This document shows positions 11,219 to 21,679 of a DNA stretch of 64,000 nucleotides, in pieces. Where the stretch lies: the NCBI GenBank assembly GCA_963663805.2, contig CAXXMR010000020.1, positions 64,001 to 128,000 of the forward strand, written 5' to 3'. Position numbers and translations under genes: made by a program. Numbering within the stretch: the stretch's first letter is position 1; each line of letters starts with the position of its first letter. A model generated the notes under the pieces. The model ran no database searches. It was not told where the DNA came from and saw only the letters and a list, made by a program, of their open reading frames with translations. This DNA is from Sedimentisphaerales bacterium. GTDB taxonomy: Bacteria; Planctomycetota; Phycisphaerae; Sedimentisphaerales; SM23-30.

Positions 11219-11905
11219 ATGCAGAATTACAAAGGTCGGTTTATAGAGTTTCTAGTTGGTGCCGGTGTCCTTACTTTTGGTGATTTCACCACCAAGAGTG
11301 GCCGTAAGACCCCTTATTTCGTTAATACCGGCAACTATCGCCTCGGCAGCCAGTTAGCCGCTCTGGGCGAATTCTACGCCGAAGCCATGATGGAAGTCCT
11401 GGGTAAAAATTTCGATAATCTCTACGGCCCCGCTTATAAGGGCATCCCTCTTTCGGTGACAGCCGGTATCGCTTTAGCCAGACAATACGACTTTGATGTC
11501 TCGGTGACCTATAACCGCAAGGAAGCCAAAGATCACGGCGAAAAAGGCACCCTCATAGGCCGACAGTACGACGGCTCCGAGCGTGTGGTGATTATCGAGG
11601 ATGTAATAACCGCCGGCACCAGTATTCGCGAGTCCATGGAAATTCTTTCTGCTAACAATAAACCCAAGGTGGCAGGCGTAATCGTCTCGGTTGACCGCAT
11701 GGAACGCGGCACCGGCAGCCTGACGGCGGTTCAGGAAGTAAAAGAACAGTTCGGCATGGAAGTTTTCTCAATCGTAAATGTCCGCGAGATAATAGAATAC
11801 CTCCACAACCGCCAGGTCGCCGGCAAAGTACACATCGACGACCAGATGAAACAACGTATGGAAGCATACCTCAGCAAATATGGGGTCGCTGAGCTTAGTC
11901 GCTGA
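11219..11905 (+). CDS. pyrE: Orotate phosphoribosyltransferase
   Basis: FGDFTTKSGRKTPYF, GPAYKGIPL, RKEAKDHGE, IIEDVITAGTS. Confidence 0.95.
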   Translation: MQNYKGRFIEFLVGAGVLTFGDFTTKSGRKTPYFVNTGNYRLGSQLAALGEFYAEAMMEVLGKNFDNLYGPAYKGIPLSVTAGIALARQYDFDVSVTYNRKEAKDHGEKGTLIGRQYDGSERVVIIEDVITAGTSIRESMEILSANNKPKVAGVIVSVDRMERGTGSLTAVQEVKEQFGMEVFSIVNVREIIEYLHNRQVAGKVHIDDQMKQRMEAYLSKYGVAELSR

Positions 11906-12683
11906 GTGAGCCCTTACCTGCCAAGTAGTTATAATCACCATCACGACAGCAGGGGCAGCCGTCCTTGAGATTGTCGAGCGGGGTTTCGTGGTAATGATTT
12001 TGCCAGAGGTCGAAACTGATTAGGTTTCGGTTGAGGGCGTCGAGGTTGTTGGTGAGGATTTTGAGGGCCTGAGCGGTTTGCAGGGCAGCGACGAATGCTA
12101 CAGCGGGTTCTATAATTCCTGCTGTTTCACAGGTTTGCATTTGGCCGGGCTCGGGAAGGGCTTCGAGCAGGCATTGCAGGCAGGGCGGATAGGGCGGGAC
12201 AATCGCCATGGTTTGACCAGCGGCACCAAGGCAGGCGGCGTGGAGCCAGGGGGTTTTGTAACTTACTGCTATATCATTAATTAGAAATCTAGTGAGCATA
12301 TTGTCGGTGCCGTCGAGGATGAGGTCGGCACCTTCGACGAAGAATTTTATCGATTCATGGTTTACGTCAGCGACGATGGGTTCGATGTTAATAGTGGAAT
12401 TGATACGGCGGAGATGTTGGGCGGCGGCCTGGGCCTTGGGGAGGTTGTTGTTTATATCTTCTTCTGTGAAAAGGGTTTGCCGTTGGAGGTTGGAGATTTC
12501 GAGGAAGTCACGGTCGATGATTCGGATGAAACCAACGCCGGCTCGGGTTAGGGATTGGGCGAGGTGGGAGCCGAGGGCTCCGCAGCCGATTATGGTTAAT
12601 CTCTTGCTGGCAAGCAGTTTCTGGGCTTCGGGGCCTAGGGGGGGGTAGGCGATTTGTCGAGCGTAACGGTCGGCTGGGGGCAT
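11895..12683 (-). CDS. ThiF/MoeB-family adenylyltransferase
   Basis: RYARQ, IIGCGALGS, DRDFLEISNLQRQ, DGTDN, CLQC and CPCC zinc motifs. Confidence 0.9.
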   Translation of the reverse strand: MPPADRYARQIAYPPLGPEAQKLLASKRLTIIGCGALGSHLAQSLTRAGVGFIRIIDRDFLEISNLQRQTLFTEEDINNNLPKAQAAAQHLRRINSTINIEPIVADVNHESIKFFVEGADLILDGTDNMLTRFLINDIAVSYKTPWLHAACLGAAGQTMAIVPPYPPCLQCLLEALPEPGQMQTCETAGIIEPAVAFVAALQTAQALKILTNNLDALNRNLISFDLWQNHYHETPLDNLKDGCPCCRDGDYNYLAGKGSLSD

Positions 12684-13170
12684 TAGTTTTTACCTGTATG
12701 ATTATAGTTTTTTTGTTTAACTATCTGTCAGATAGTATGATAGAGAGGTTGGCCGAGGGCAAGATTTTTTTGGGTGGTTGTTGACGTTAGTTTCAGACAC
12801 GGTTATAAGTAGAGAAGTTAACTTTGTTATATGGGCATTGATCTTCCGCGGAAGTCGGTGCCCATATTTTTTGGGGGTTCGGGAGAGGGGTTGTAAGTCC
12901 TTATTTTGCGTTAAGGAAATTGCGGTAAGTCTTTATTTTTTGGTTAGAAATTGTGGCAAAATCGCGTAAAAACACCAAATTTTCAGCGCATTTTAGCCGG
13001 AAGCGACAGTTTTTTGACGTTTTTTTAAGGTTTTTTTCAATCCTGTTCGGCACATTTATTGCTTTAGGCTTTTGGCCTCCTGTATTTTTTTTTAAAAAAA
13101 CCCGAAATGTTAAGATAGGTAATTTGCGCTCGAGGGATATTTATGCTCTAATAGGAGGCATGAGTGCTAA

Positions 13171-15155
13171 CCCCAATTTCTCACTTAGCGGTCAAAACCG
13201 TCAAAAATAAAAATATTTTCTGTGATTTTGAGTTGTAAGCGGCGATTTTAGTTCGATATTGGCTCTGGTACAGACCTGCCCTATTGCCAGGTGTTTTTCA
13301 GCCGCGATAATATGTGCATGTACCTGAAGAAGCACAAGCGAAAGAAGAACGGCAAGTACAACACCTACTACAGCATAGCTGAGAAGCGTAAAGTCTCGCG
13401 CGGTCGTTATGTGGAGAAGATGGTTCTGTATCTCGGGGAGATTTCCGATTCGCAAAAGAAGTCCTGGGAAAAGTCTATTGAGATAATCAACGAGGATAAC
13501 CAGCCTGTCCGCAAATCATTGTTTGCTTATGACCAGGATAATCATGCCCACCATGATGTCGATACCATTGCCGTGAAATTATCAAAGATGCGGCTGGAAA
13601 ACCCCCGAACATTTGGTGACTGTTGGCTGGGCTGTGAGATATGGGATACTCTTGGGCTGGATAAATTCTGGTCCGCTCGTATAGACACCGAAAGATCTTC
13701 GGTGGAGTATTCCAAAGTCGTTAAATTATTGACGGTAAATCGTCTTATCAAACCCGGCGCGGAGTTTTATGTTCATCAGCACTGGTTTACTCAAACCGCA
13801 ATGGATGTATTGCTGGACTGTGATTTTGAGGTTGCCGAAAAGAACCGGCTTTACCGCTGCCTGGACAGGATATTGCCCTACAAAGAGGAGCTTTGCTCTT
13901 ATCTGAAAGATACCTGGCAGATGATGTTCAATCTGGAATACGATATTTTGCTTTACGATATCACCAGTACGTATTTTGAGGGATTATGCAAACAGAATCC
14001 TAAAGCCAAATTTGGTCATAGCAAAGATCGCAGAAGTGATTGTCGGCAGATTCTGATAGCTTTGGTAGTTACGCCCGATGGCTTTCCGATTAATTATGAA
14101 ATCTGGGCGGGTAATACCTCGGAGAAAACCACGCTAAAGCCGTTATTGAACAAGATAGAGTCAAAATACGGCCAAGTCGGCAGGGTTTGGCTGATGGACC
14201 GGGGTATCCCCACAGAAGCGGTACTTGAGCACATGCGTGATAATGACATTGGTTACCTTGTTGGTACTCCTCGTAAATTACTGGATGAATTCTCAAAAGA
14301 ACTCTCGGTGAAAAACTGGCATGATGTAAATGACAGTGTTCGCATAAAGCATATCGAAAAAGATGGTGAATGTTATGTTCTAGCCCGCAGCAAAGAGCGG
14401 ATGGCTAAAGAACGGGCTATGCGTAAGCGCAAGCTGCGTGACTATCTGGAAGGTCTGGAGAAGCTGAAGAAATATCGTGATTACGCCCGTTTTATGCAAA
14501 GGCTGGGCAAACTCAAACATCATGCTGGCAGTTCGTATAAATGCGTTACTCTTACAATTCCAAAACCAAAGGAAAGAATTGAGGAAGGTGAGTTTGATTA
14601 TAAATTCGATAGGAACAAATACCGAGAAATGATTTATCGTGACGGCACATACTTTTTGCGTACCAATCAAACCGGAAAGAATGGCATAGAGCTTTGGCAG
14701 GAGTATATGCTGCAATGTAATGTAGAACAAGCGTTCCGGGAGCTCAAAAGCGATCTGGGTGTTCGGCCGGTCTATCACCATAAAGAAGACCGGGTCGATG
14801 CTCACGTGTTTGTAGCGTTTATGAGCTATTGTCTGCAAGTGACCTTGAGACACAGACTGCGGGCCAGTGCCTGCGGGATAACCAGCCAGGCCGTTTTGGA
14901 AACAATGTCACGAATCCAGATGCTCGATGTGTCCTTTGAAACCCAGGACGGCAGGACTCTGCTGATGCAGAGATATACCGAGCCCGATGGCGATCAGAAA
15001 TTGCTGCTATACCATTTGAAGATGGAAATGCCGCCGCAAAAGCCACCGAAAATATACAGCGGTCAGCTCAAAAAATAACACCACTGTTGGCGACAGACCA
15101 ACAGCCCTGAAGGAGCCAAAAATCCACTTTTTACCCCTTAAGTGAGAAATTGGGG
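13171..15155 (+). mobile_element. IS1634-family element
   Basis: 17-bp IRs ccccaatttctcactta (13171-13187 / 15139-15155); (G)CTAA duplication on both sides. Confidence 0.92.
13318..15078 (+). CDS. IS1634-family DDE transposase
   Basis: LYDITSTYFEG, FGHSKDRRSD, LMDRGI, VEQAFRELKSDLGVRPVYH. Confidence 0.92.
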   Translation: MYLKKHKRKKNGKYNTYYSIAEKRKVSRGRYVEKMVLYLGEISDSQKKSWEKSIEIINEDNQPVRKSLFAYDQDNHAHHDVDTIAVKLSKMRLENPRTFGDCWLGCEIWDTLGLDKFWSARIDTERSSVEYSKVVKLLTVNRLIKPGAEFYVHQHWFTQTAMDVLLDCDFEVAEKNRLYRCLDRILPYKEELCSYLKDTWQMMFNLEYDILLYDITSTYFEGLCKQNPKAKFGHSKDRRSDCRQILIALVVTPDGFPINYEIWAGNTSEKTTLKPLLNKIESKYGQVGRVWLMDRGIPTEAVLEHMRDNDIGYLVGTPRKLLDEFSKELSVKNWHDVNDSVRIKHIEKDGECYVLARSKERMAKERAMRKRKLRDYLEGLEKLKKYRDYARFMQRLGKLKHHAGSSYKCVTLTIPKPKERIEEGEFDYKFDRNKYREMIYRDGTYFLRTNQTGKNGIELWQEYMLQCNVEQAFRELKSDLGVRPVYHHKEDRVDAHVFVAFMSYCLQVTLRHRLRASACGITSQAVLETMSRIQMLDVSFETQDGRTLLMQRYTEPDGDQKLLLYHLKMEMPPQKPPKIYSGQLKK

Positions 15156-16321
15156 CTAAGCGTAAAAAAATCAAGGAGCGGGACCTGCGTGGGTTCAAGT
15201 ATTTCAAGTCCCTCTCGGCTCTGCTGAAAGGTCTTCACTCGGCGGGATGTGAGCGGGACCGGGCCGGCAATCGCACATTATTCATGGACCAGTATGTCAG
15301 TCTGCTGCTGTTATACATGTTCAATCCGATCTGCAGTTCCATCCGGTCTTTGCAGCAGGCCGGCGAGCTCAAAAAGGTACAGCGGCTGTTGGGTTGTTCG
15401 CGTGCTTCGCTGGGTTCGCTTTCGGAAGCATCCCGGGTTTTTGAGAGTTCTTTGTTAGAGCCGATAATCGCTCAACTCACTGAGCAGTTAGGGCCGATAT
15501 CTCAGGACAAAAAACTGGAAGTCGGTCAGGTCATTACCCTGGTGGACGGCAGCAGTATTCAGGCTTTGCAAAAACTCACTCAGGCTGCCTGGGACACCGA
15601 CAAACCCGGAATTAAAGCACACACTCAGTTTGATCTGGAAAAATATGTGCCTCTGAAAATAAATATCAGTGAAGACAAGTCTGATGAGCGAAAGGTTTTT
15701 TTAGAGAATCTTCAGCCCGGCCGGATTTATGTCAATGATCGCGGATATGCCTGTTTTAAGCTGTTTCAGGCCATTGTGGATAGTAAAAGCTCTTTTGTCT
15801 GTCGGCTGCGTGAGGATACGGTTTACGAAACTATTCAGGAAAAACCTTTAACTGAAGATGCTCGAAAAGCGGGGATAATTTTTGATCGTACGGTAATCGC
15901 CGGCAGCAGTGAAAAACTGCGGGAAGATTTCAAACAACCGTTACGCCTGATAGCGGTTGAATGTCAACCGCATTTGAAACGGGGCCAGGGACCACGTCAG
16001 AGTGAGATGATTTTGATTGCCACCGACCGGCTGGACCTGGACGCCGAAGTCATTGCCCTGCTCTATCAGAAACGCTGGGCCATCGAAATATTTTTCCGCT
16101 TTTTTAAGCATGTGCTGGGCTGCCGACATCTGCTAAGCCTCTGCGAAAACGGTATCGAACTGCAGATGTACGCCGCGATTATCGCCTGTATGCTGATCAG
16201 CCTGTGGACGGGCAAAAAACCAACTTTAAGAACCTACGAAATGCTCTGCTGGCACCTCTGCGGCATGGCCGACGAGCAAGAAATGCAGAACCATATCAAT
16301 AAACTCCAAAGCCAAAACTAA
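15156..16321 (+). pseudogene. IS4-family transposase, separated from its start codon (ATG 13160) by IS1634
   Basis: TLVDGS, VNDRGY, YQKRWAIEIFFRFFK; removing IS1634 restores MSAKRKKIKERDLRGFKYF...RTLFMDQY in frame. Confidence 0.9.
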
Positions 16322-16719
16322 GGCCGATCCTCAAAAAAATCGCCGCTGCCGCTGATGCTGCGCCAAAATAACCAGTGCCGACAGTCCCACTGAGGGATAA
16401 TCCCCGCTAAATCATATGAACTGCAAAGACCACAGAAAAACTGTATTTGAGCAATAAATGTGCCGAACAGGATTGGGTTTTTTTCTAAAAAAACGCAAAA
16501 AAAGCAAAAAAAAACGGATTTTAAACCACAATTTTTACGGTATCCCTGTTTTGAGCAGTGGTTGTTTTATTGTCCGGTCTCTTATTTGGTTAGGCTATTG
16601 TTTTGGTATGTCAGACTATTGGTGGGGGATTTAACAGGGCTTGACAGGTGTTGTTTGGTGGCACTAACATATTTTGTGGTAGAGTGTTTTTTTGGTTTTG
16701 GGTCGGCTGGAGCGGTGTA

Positions 16720-18792
16720 ATGGCCAGGACATTTTCGATTCGTCGCAGCTTGCTTTCCAGTATGGTTCTGGTGGTGCTGATAATGAGTGTGGTAATACTG
16801 GGTGTTACCTTTCTGGCAGGTCGTTACGCGGTTCGGTCGTTATCTTATCAGGCGGTTAATCAGGCGATAAATCAGGTTCAGGTTCGGCTGGACAGTTTTG
16901 TTGAGCCGCTGGTGAATCATCTTTATATTCTGGGACAGTGGTGCGAGAATGGGGTTGTCGGGGCGGGGATGGCGGATGACAAGGCTGCTTTGTTGTATCC
17001 GTTCATGGAGAAGCATGATTATGTTTCGGCGATCATCGTGGCGGATTCTTCGGGCCGGGAATATTATCTGCGTCGTGACGAGACGGGTCGGCTGGTTATG
17101 CGCAGGCGGGGGGCTGAGGGTGATTATGTTGAGAGTGTCTGGGATGAAGGCCGGGGGAAATTTGTCGCGGCTGACAGTGTAAATGTGAGCGGATATGACC
17201 CGCGGTTAAGGCCCTGGTTTGAGGGTGCGGTTAAGAGAGAGGGGGATTTGGGGCATGATAGGGGAGGGGATTTTAAGGATTATGTATACTGGACGGAGCC
17301 TTATGAGTTTTATGAGTCGCACGAACCGGGGATAACCATTTCGTTTTGTGCGGAGGATAAGGGCGGCGGGCAATGTGTGGTTGCTTTGGATATTCTGCTG
17401 AGCGAGATAGACCGTTTTACGCGTCAGATACGGGTTTTGAATCAGGGTGATGTGGTGGTGATGACCGCTGAGGAGAAGCCGCGGATACTGGGCTATTCGG
17501 TTCATGGTGATTTTGGTCGGCTGATAGAATCGCGTAGCCCTTTGCTGAAGAGCCCGGCGGATTTGGGTCTGGCGATAATCGAGGATGGGGTTGAGGCTTT
17601 TGGCCGGAATTATGAAGGATATGATTCGGGGAATTTCGATGCTGAGCTGGAAATTGAGCCGCTGAGTTTTCGCAGCGGCGGTCAGGTCTGGTGGGGTGCC
17701 ATGCGTAGTCTGGGGCTGGGCGAACGTAAAGGGTTATGGGTTTTTGTGGTTATTCCGGAGCGTGATTTGCTGGGTAGTATTGTGCGTGATAGGTATCTGG
17801 CGGTGACGGTTGTGATTATGGTATTGATACTGGCGGTGTGGCTGGCCAGTTATACGGCCCAGAAGTATAGTCGGCCTATCGAGAATCTGGTGCGGACAAC
17901 GGACCGTATCAGTCGGGGTGATTTTGGGGTTTCTGCGCCGATTCAGTCGAATGTCAGGGAGATATGCGAGTTGTCTCTGGCGCATGAGCGGATGCGTAAA
18001 GGGTTGGAATCGCTGATGAAGCTGGAAGGTGATTTGCAGTTAGCCCGTCAGATTCAGCAGCGGACGATGCCTGATAAGCTGCCTTGTCTGCCGGGTTTTG
18101 ATATAGCGGCGTGGAATCAGCCGGCAGAGCAGACCGGTGGTGATACTTATGATGTTATTGGCGGTGTGGCTTTGGCCGCCGATGGGGGGGTAGAGCTTTG
18201 TAATGAGTGCGTGGAGCGGGTTTATTTGCTGCTGGCAGATGCTACGGGTCATGGTATTGGGCCTGCTCTTTCGGTGACGCAGCTGCGGTCGATGTTTCGG
18301 ATGTCTTTGCGGATGACGAATGATTTGGCTCATATCGCTTTGCATATGAACGAGCAGCTTAGCGTGGATTTGATGGATGGGCGTTTTGTTACGGCCTGGC
18401 TGGCGGAGTTGAGTGCGGCGGATAGTACGCTGCGATATTTCAGCGCGGGTCAGGCTCCGCTGATATATTATAACGCGGCGGCGGATGAGATAACTGCCGG
18501 CGGGGCGGATACCTTTCCGTTTGGGATTGTGCCGGAGATGAAGGCGATCAAGGTGAATGAGTTGGCAATGCAGACGAATGATATTTACGCGGTGGTATCG
18601 GATGGTATTTATGACGCTATGAACGAGCGTGAGGATTTGCTGGGAGTTGAGCGGCTGTTGGAGATTGTGAAGGGGAATAAGAAGGGGTCGGCGGCGGAGA
18701 TTCTGGGTGCGATACGTGATGCGGTTGATAGCTTTGCCGGAGATGTGGCGGCGAACGATGATCGGACGATAATAGTTATTAAGAAGGTCTGA
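16720..18792 (+). CDS. Membrane sensor phosphatase: Cache + HAMP + SpoIIE/PP2C
   Basis: Two TM helices, YDPRLRPWF, WTEPY, ARQIQQR, GGDTYD, ADATGHG, SDGI, DDRTII. Confidence 0.9.
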   Translation: MARTFSIRRSLLSSMVLVVLIMSVVILGVTFLAGRYAVRSLSYQAVNQAINQVQVRLDSFVEPLVNHLYILGQWCENGVVGAGMADDKAALLYPFMEKHDYVSAIIVADSSGREYYLRRDETGRLVMRRRGAEGDYVESVWDEGRGKFVAADSVNVSGYDPRLRPWFEGAVKREGDLGHDRGGDFKDYVYWTEPYEFYESHEPGITISFCAEDKGGGQCVVALDILLSEIDRFTRQIRVLNQGDVVVMTAEEKPRILGYSVHGDFGRLIESRSPLLKSPADLGLAIIEDGVEAFGRNYEGYDSGNFDAELEIEPLSFRSGGQVWWGAMRSLGLGERKGLWVFVVIPERDLLGSIVRDRYLAVTVVIMVLILAVWLASYTAQKYSRPIENLVRTTDRISRGDFGVSAPIQSNVREICELSLAHERMRKGLESLMKLEGDLQLARQIQQRTMPDKLPCLPGFDIAAWNQPAEQTGGDTYDVIGGVALAADGGVELCNECVERVYLLLADATGHGIGPALSVTQLRSMFRMSLRMTNDLAHIALHMNEQLSVDLMDGRFVTAWLAELSAADSTLRYFSAGQAPLIYYNAAADEITAGGADTFPFGIVPEMKAIKVNELAMQTNDIYAVVSDGIYDAMNEREDLLGVERLLEIVKGNKKGSAAEILGAIRDAVDSFAGDVAANDDRTIIVIKKV

Positions 18793-19230
18793 TTTCTTTG
18801 TTAGATGTCAGCGTTCAGAAATCAGATTTAAGTGGACCTCTAAAAATTCAAAAGCAATTATTATTAGAGGTACCCTTTGGATTTAACGGTGCGGTTTTGG
18901 CCCTTGGTCGAGGTTCGTCCATAAACACGATAGTAATTTACTTTTCGCCCATCAAGTTTATCATAGTATGCTCCATGGCTTCAGCCCAGAGCTGGCAGGT
19001 GTATTGCCGAGTTAAATTCGCTGAATTCCGACACCAGCTATCGCTTAAAATTCGTATCAGCTGCTTATATCGTACCATCTCCTTTTTTTGCGAAATGATG
19101 TTTTCTTTACGCAAAATGAGGTAGTTTAGGACAGGACCTCTGTTAGAATAGGGTATGGAAAGTGTGTCGGTAAGCTTTGAGTTTACTGTTTTATTCTGTA
19201 CTGTTGGTTTATTAAAATGGAGGACCGAAA

Positions 19231-20268
19231 ATGAAAAAATTGCTAACAACCCTGATAATCTTGATGTTTGTTTCTCAAGCATTTGCCGCAACCAAACACT
19301 GGAACGCTACCGAAGACCGCAATTTCACCAACTGGAACAACTGGTCCGCCACCAGTGTTTTCACCAGTACAAATGACGGGGCGATCTCGAAATCCGGGAC
19401 TGAAGCCCCTATCATGTACTCATCCAGCACCGCCTTGACGACTAACAGAAATCTTTTTCTGGGCGCCTCTGCTCTTGGCGAATTAGATATGCAGGGCAGT
19501 TCCATTACTATAAACCGCATCGAAATTGGCGGCGATTACTGGACAAGCCTCGGTGCTGATGGTTACCTGACGATGTCCGGCGGAACTTTTACAACGTCTG
19601 CGAGTACGGAAATCGGCCAGGGCAATACCGGAAGTCTGGCTATCAGCGGCGGAACTTACACTATCGGGAGCTGGCTGACAATTGGCGATCTGGGCGACAA
19701 AAGTGGTCTGGGCGGAACCGGGATCCTTACCATGACCGGCGGCGAGTTGACTGCTGATAGAGTATATGTCGGCCAGGATTCTCTCTCTACCGGCACTGTC
19801 AACCTCAGTAACAATGCTGACTTTAGTGTGGATACCTATATCTATGTCGGCGACGCCGACGGCTCAAGCGGAACCATTACCATTCGGGATTTCGCCACGC
19901 TTGAAGCAAACAATATCAGCATTCGCGAAAATGGAACTGTCAACTTCATCCTTAATGCCGGTAGTTCAGACTCCATGATGAGCTTTACCAGTCTGACAGC
20001 TTCAGATAATTTTCTGATTGGTACTATTGATGTTTCTTTTGACGGTACGATTGTCCCGGGTACTTACGGCCTGATGGATTTTGCCGCTGACATGACCGGC
20101 ACCGACATCTCCGCTCTGCTCTCTACGTCCTCTGCGGCTCAGGGCTGGAACCTGAATCTGGAATCCAGCAGCAATGGCTCTGTACTCCAGGCAGTATATG
20201 TACCTGAACCTGCCACCCTGATTTTGTTATCAATCGGCGGAATCGCACTACGCAAGCGCCAATCTTAA
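19231..20268 (+). CDS. PEP-CTERM exosortase-target surface protein
   Basis: Signal peptide; Gly/Thr-rich beta-repeats; C-terminal VPEPATLILLSIGGIALRKR. Confidence 0.9.
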   Translation: MKKLLTTLIILMFVSQAFAATKHWNATEDRNFTNWNNWSATSVFTSTNDGAISKSGTEAPIMYSSSTALTTNRNLFLGASALGELDMQGSSITINRIEIGGDYWTSLGADGYLTMSGGTFTTSASTEIGQGNTGSLAISGGTYTIGSWLTIGDLGDKSGLGGTGILTMTGGELTADRVYVGQDSLSTGTVNLSNNADFSVDTYIYVGDADGSSGTITIRDFATLEANNISIRENGTVNFILNAGSSDSMMSFTSLTASDNFLIGTIDVSFDGTIVPGTYGLMDFAADMTGTDISALLSTSSAAQGWNLNLESSSNGSVLQAVYVPEPATLILLSIGGIALRKRQS

Positions 20269-20300
20269 CGTTTTTTTTAATACCTGAGAGTTGTTTTTTT

Positions 20301-20369
20301 TCGGCTGGCTCTGGGACTAAAAAATCTGACTGTTTATCAGAAAGAATTTTGAGTCCCGAACCAGCCGAT
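20301..20369. terminator. Long hairpin between the PEP-CTERM gene and the dapA-like gene
   Basis: tcggctggctctgggact ... agtcccgaaccagccga imperfect inverted repeat. Confidence 0.45.
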
Positions 20370-20402
20370 ATTATTATTACACTTTATTTTAAGGAATAAT
20401 CA

Positions 20403-21338
20403 GTGGCATACCCAAAATCACTTCTTCAGCTAAACGGTATCGTCCCTCCCATGGTAACCCCTCTGGCCGATTATGATTCGTTGGACATCACCGGCCTGGA
20501 AAAACTCATCGAACACATCATCGCCGGAGGGGTAAACGGATTATTTATACTCGGCACAACCGGAGAAGCGGCCGCTCTTGGTTACCAGCTCAGGCGTGAG
20601 CTAATTGAAAGAACATGCCAACAGGTAAATTCCAGAATCCCCGTTCTTGTCGGCATAACCGACACTTCTTATACTGAATCGGTTCGACTGGCTGAACACG
20701 CCGCCCAAAAAGGCGCTCAGGCCCTTGTTATCGCCCCGCCCTACTACTACACAGCATCCCAGGATGAATTACTCGGCTATTTCGAGCAATTGGCCAAAGA
20801 ACTGCCCCTGCCCCTGTTCCTGTATAACATGCCCGGCTGCACAAAAATGAAGATCGAAAGGGAAACCGTACGGCAAGCAGCTAATATACCTGGAATAATT
20901 GGGTTAAAAGATAGCTCCGCAGACATGATGTACCTGCAAAAGCTCCGTCAGATGATGGCCAACCGACCGGACTTCCCATTATTTATAGGGCCCGAAGAAC
21001 TACTGGCCGAGTTTATCTTAATGGGTGGGAACGGTGGAATATCCGCAGGTGCCAATTTATTTCCTGAACTATATGTCAATCTATACAATGCCGCCAAGGC
21101 AGGCGACGCAGCTGCAACCAGAGAATTACAAAAAAAAGTTATCCAGATAAGCAATAATATTTATGGCGCCACCCAACATGGCTCGAGCTGTATTAAGGGC
21201 CTTAAATATGCCTTGTGCATCTCAGGAATCTGCAGCGACCAACTGGCAAAACCTTTCCATCAGCTAAGTCAATCCGAACAGAAAATAATTGAACATTTTC
21301 TAGCAGAAATGCCGGTTGTAGTTGCCAAACGGTCATAG
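20403..21338 (+). CDS. Dihydrodipicolinate synthase (DapA/NanA)-family lyase
   Basis: GIVPPMVTP, LGTTGE, LYNMP, IIGLKDSS. Confidence 0.9.
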   Translation: MAYPKSLLQLNGIVPPMVTPLADYDSLDITGLEKLIEHIIAGGVNGLFILGTTGEAAALGYQLRRELIERTCQQVNSRIPVLVGITDTSYTESVRLAEHAAQKGAQALVIAPPYYYTASQDELLGYFEQLAKELPLPLFLYNMPGCTKMKIERETVRQAANIPGIIGLKDSSADMMYLQKLRQMMANRPDFPLFIGPEELLAEFILMGGNGGISAGANLFPELYVNLYNAAKAGDAAATRELQKKVIQISNNIYGATQHGSSCIKGLKYALCISGICSDQLAKPFHQLSQSEQKIIEHFLAEMPVVVAKRS

Positions 21339-21387
21339 TGTAGTTGTTATTGCAAATTCACAAGAATTCAGATTCAGTATCATTAAT

Positions 21388-21437
21388 TTTTACAAAATGA
21401 CAATTTGGCATACCTGATTTAATGCGATTTGATTTTC
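21388..21437. repeat. 50-bp dispersed repeat matching one arm of the palindrome at 30149-30198
   Basis: ttttacaaaatgacaatttggcatacctgatttaatgcgatttgattttc matches the reverse complement of 30149-30198 at 46/50. Confidence 0.85.
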
Positions 21438-21462
21438 GACACGAATTCGATATTTCTGCGCA

Positions 21463-21530
21463 TAAAAAAATGTCGCGGGGCGCTGCCAGCTGGGGGGGGC
21501 AACCGACAGCAGGGGGAACCCGCGACACAC
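21463..21530 (-). ncRNA. Candidate small RNA: rod hairpin with C7 apical loop, C5 bulge and U-tail
   Basis: Two stacked stems that pair only on the minus strand (G-U wobbles); upstream TTGACT-N17-TAATAA (21561-21533). Confidence 0.5.
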
Positions 21531-21679
21531 TATTATTAGCACATCTTCTCGGCCCAGTCAAGCCGACAAACCGGCTTTTTTATACTTTTTTTTTATATTT
21601 TTAACAATTTGCTTATTTTGGAGTAGTTAGAAGACGATAAAATCACCTATTTTATGCAAATTACCCAGAATACTAAAAA

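Larger units (their letters stand above)
13038..16475 (+). mobile_element. IS4-family element interrupted by IS1634
   Basis: Perfect 26-bp terminal IRs caatcctgttcggcacatttattgct (13038-13063 / 16450-16475); 9-bp TSD GGTTTTTTT (13029-13037 / 16476-16484). Confidence 0.92.

Noticed and set aside
18830..19145. Repeated GGACCTC/GAGGT boxes as operator sites
   Set aside because: Too short and irregularly spaced to support without comparative data.
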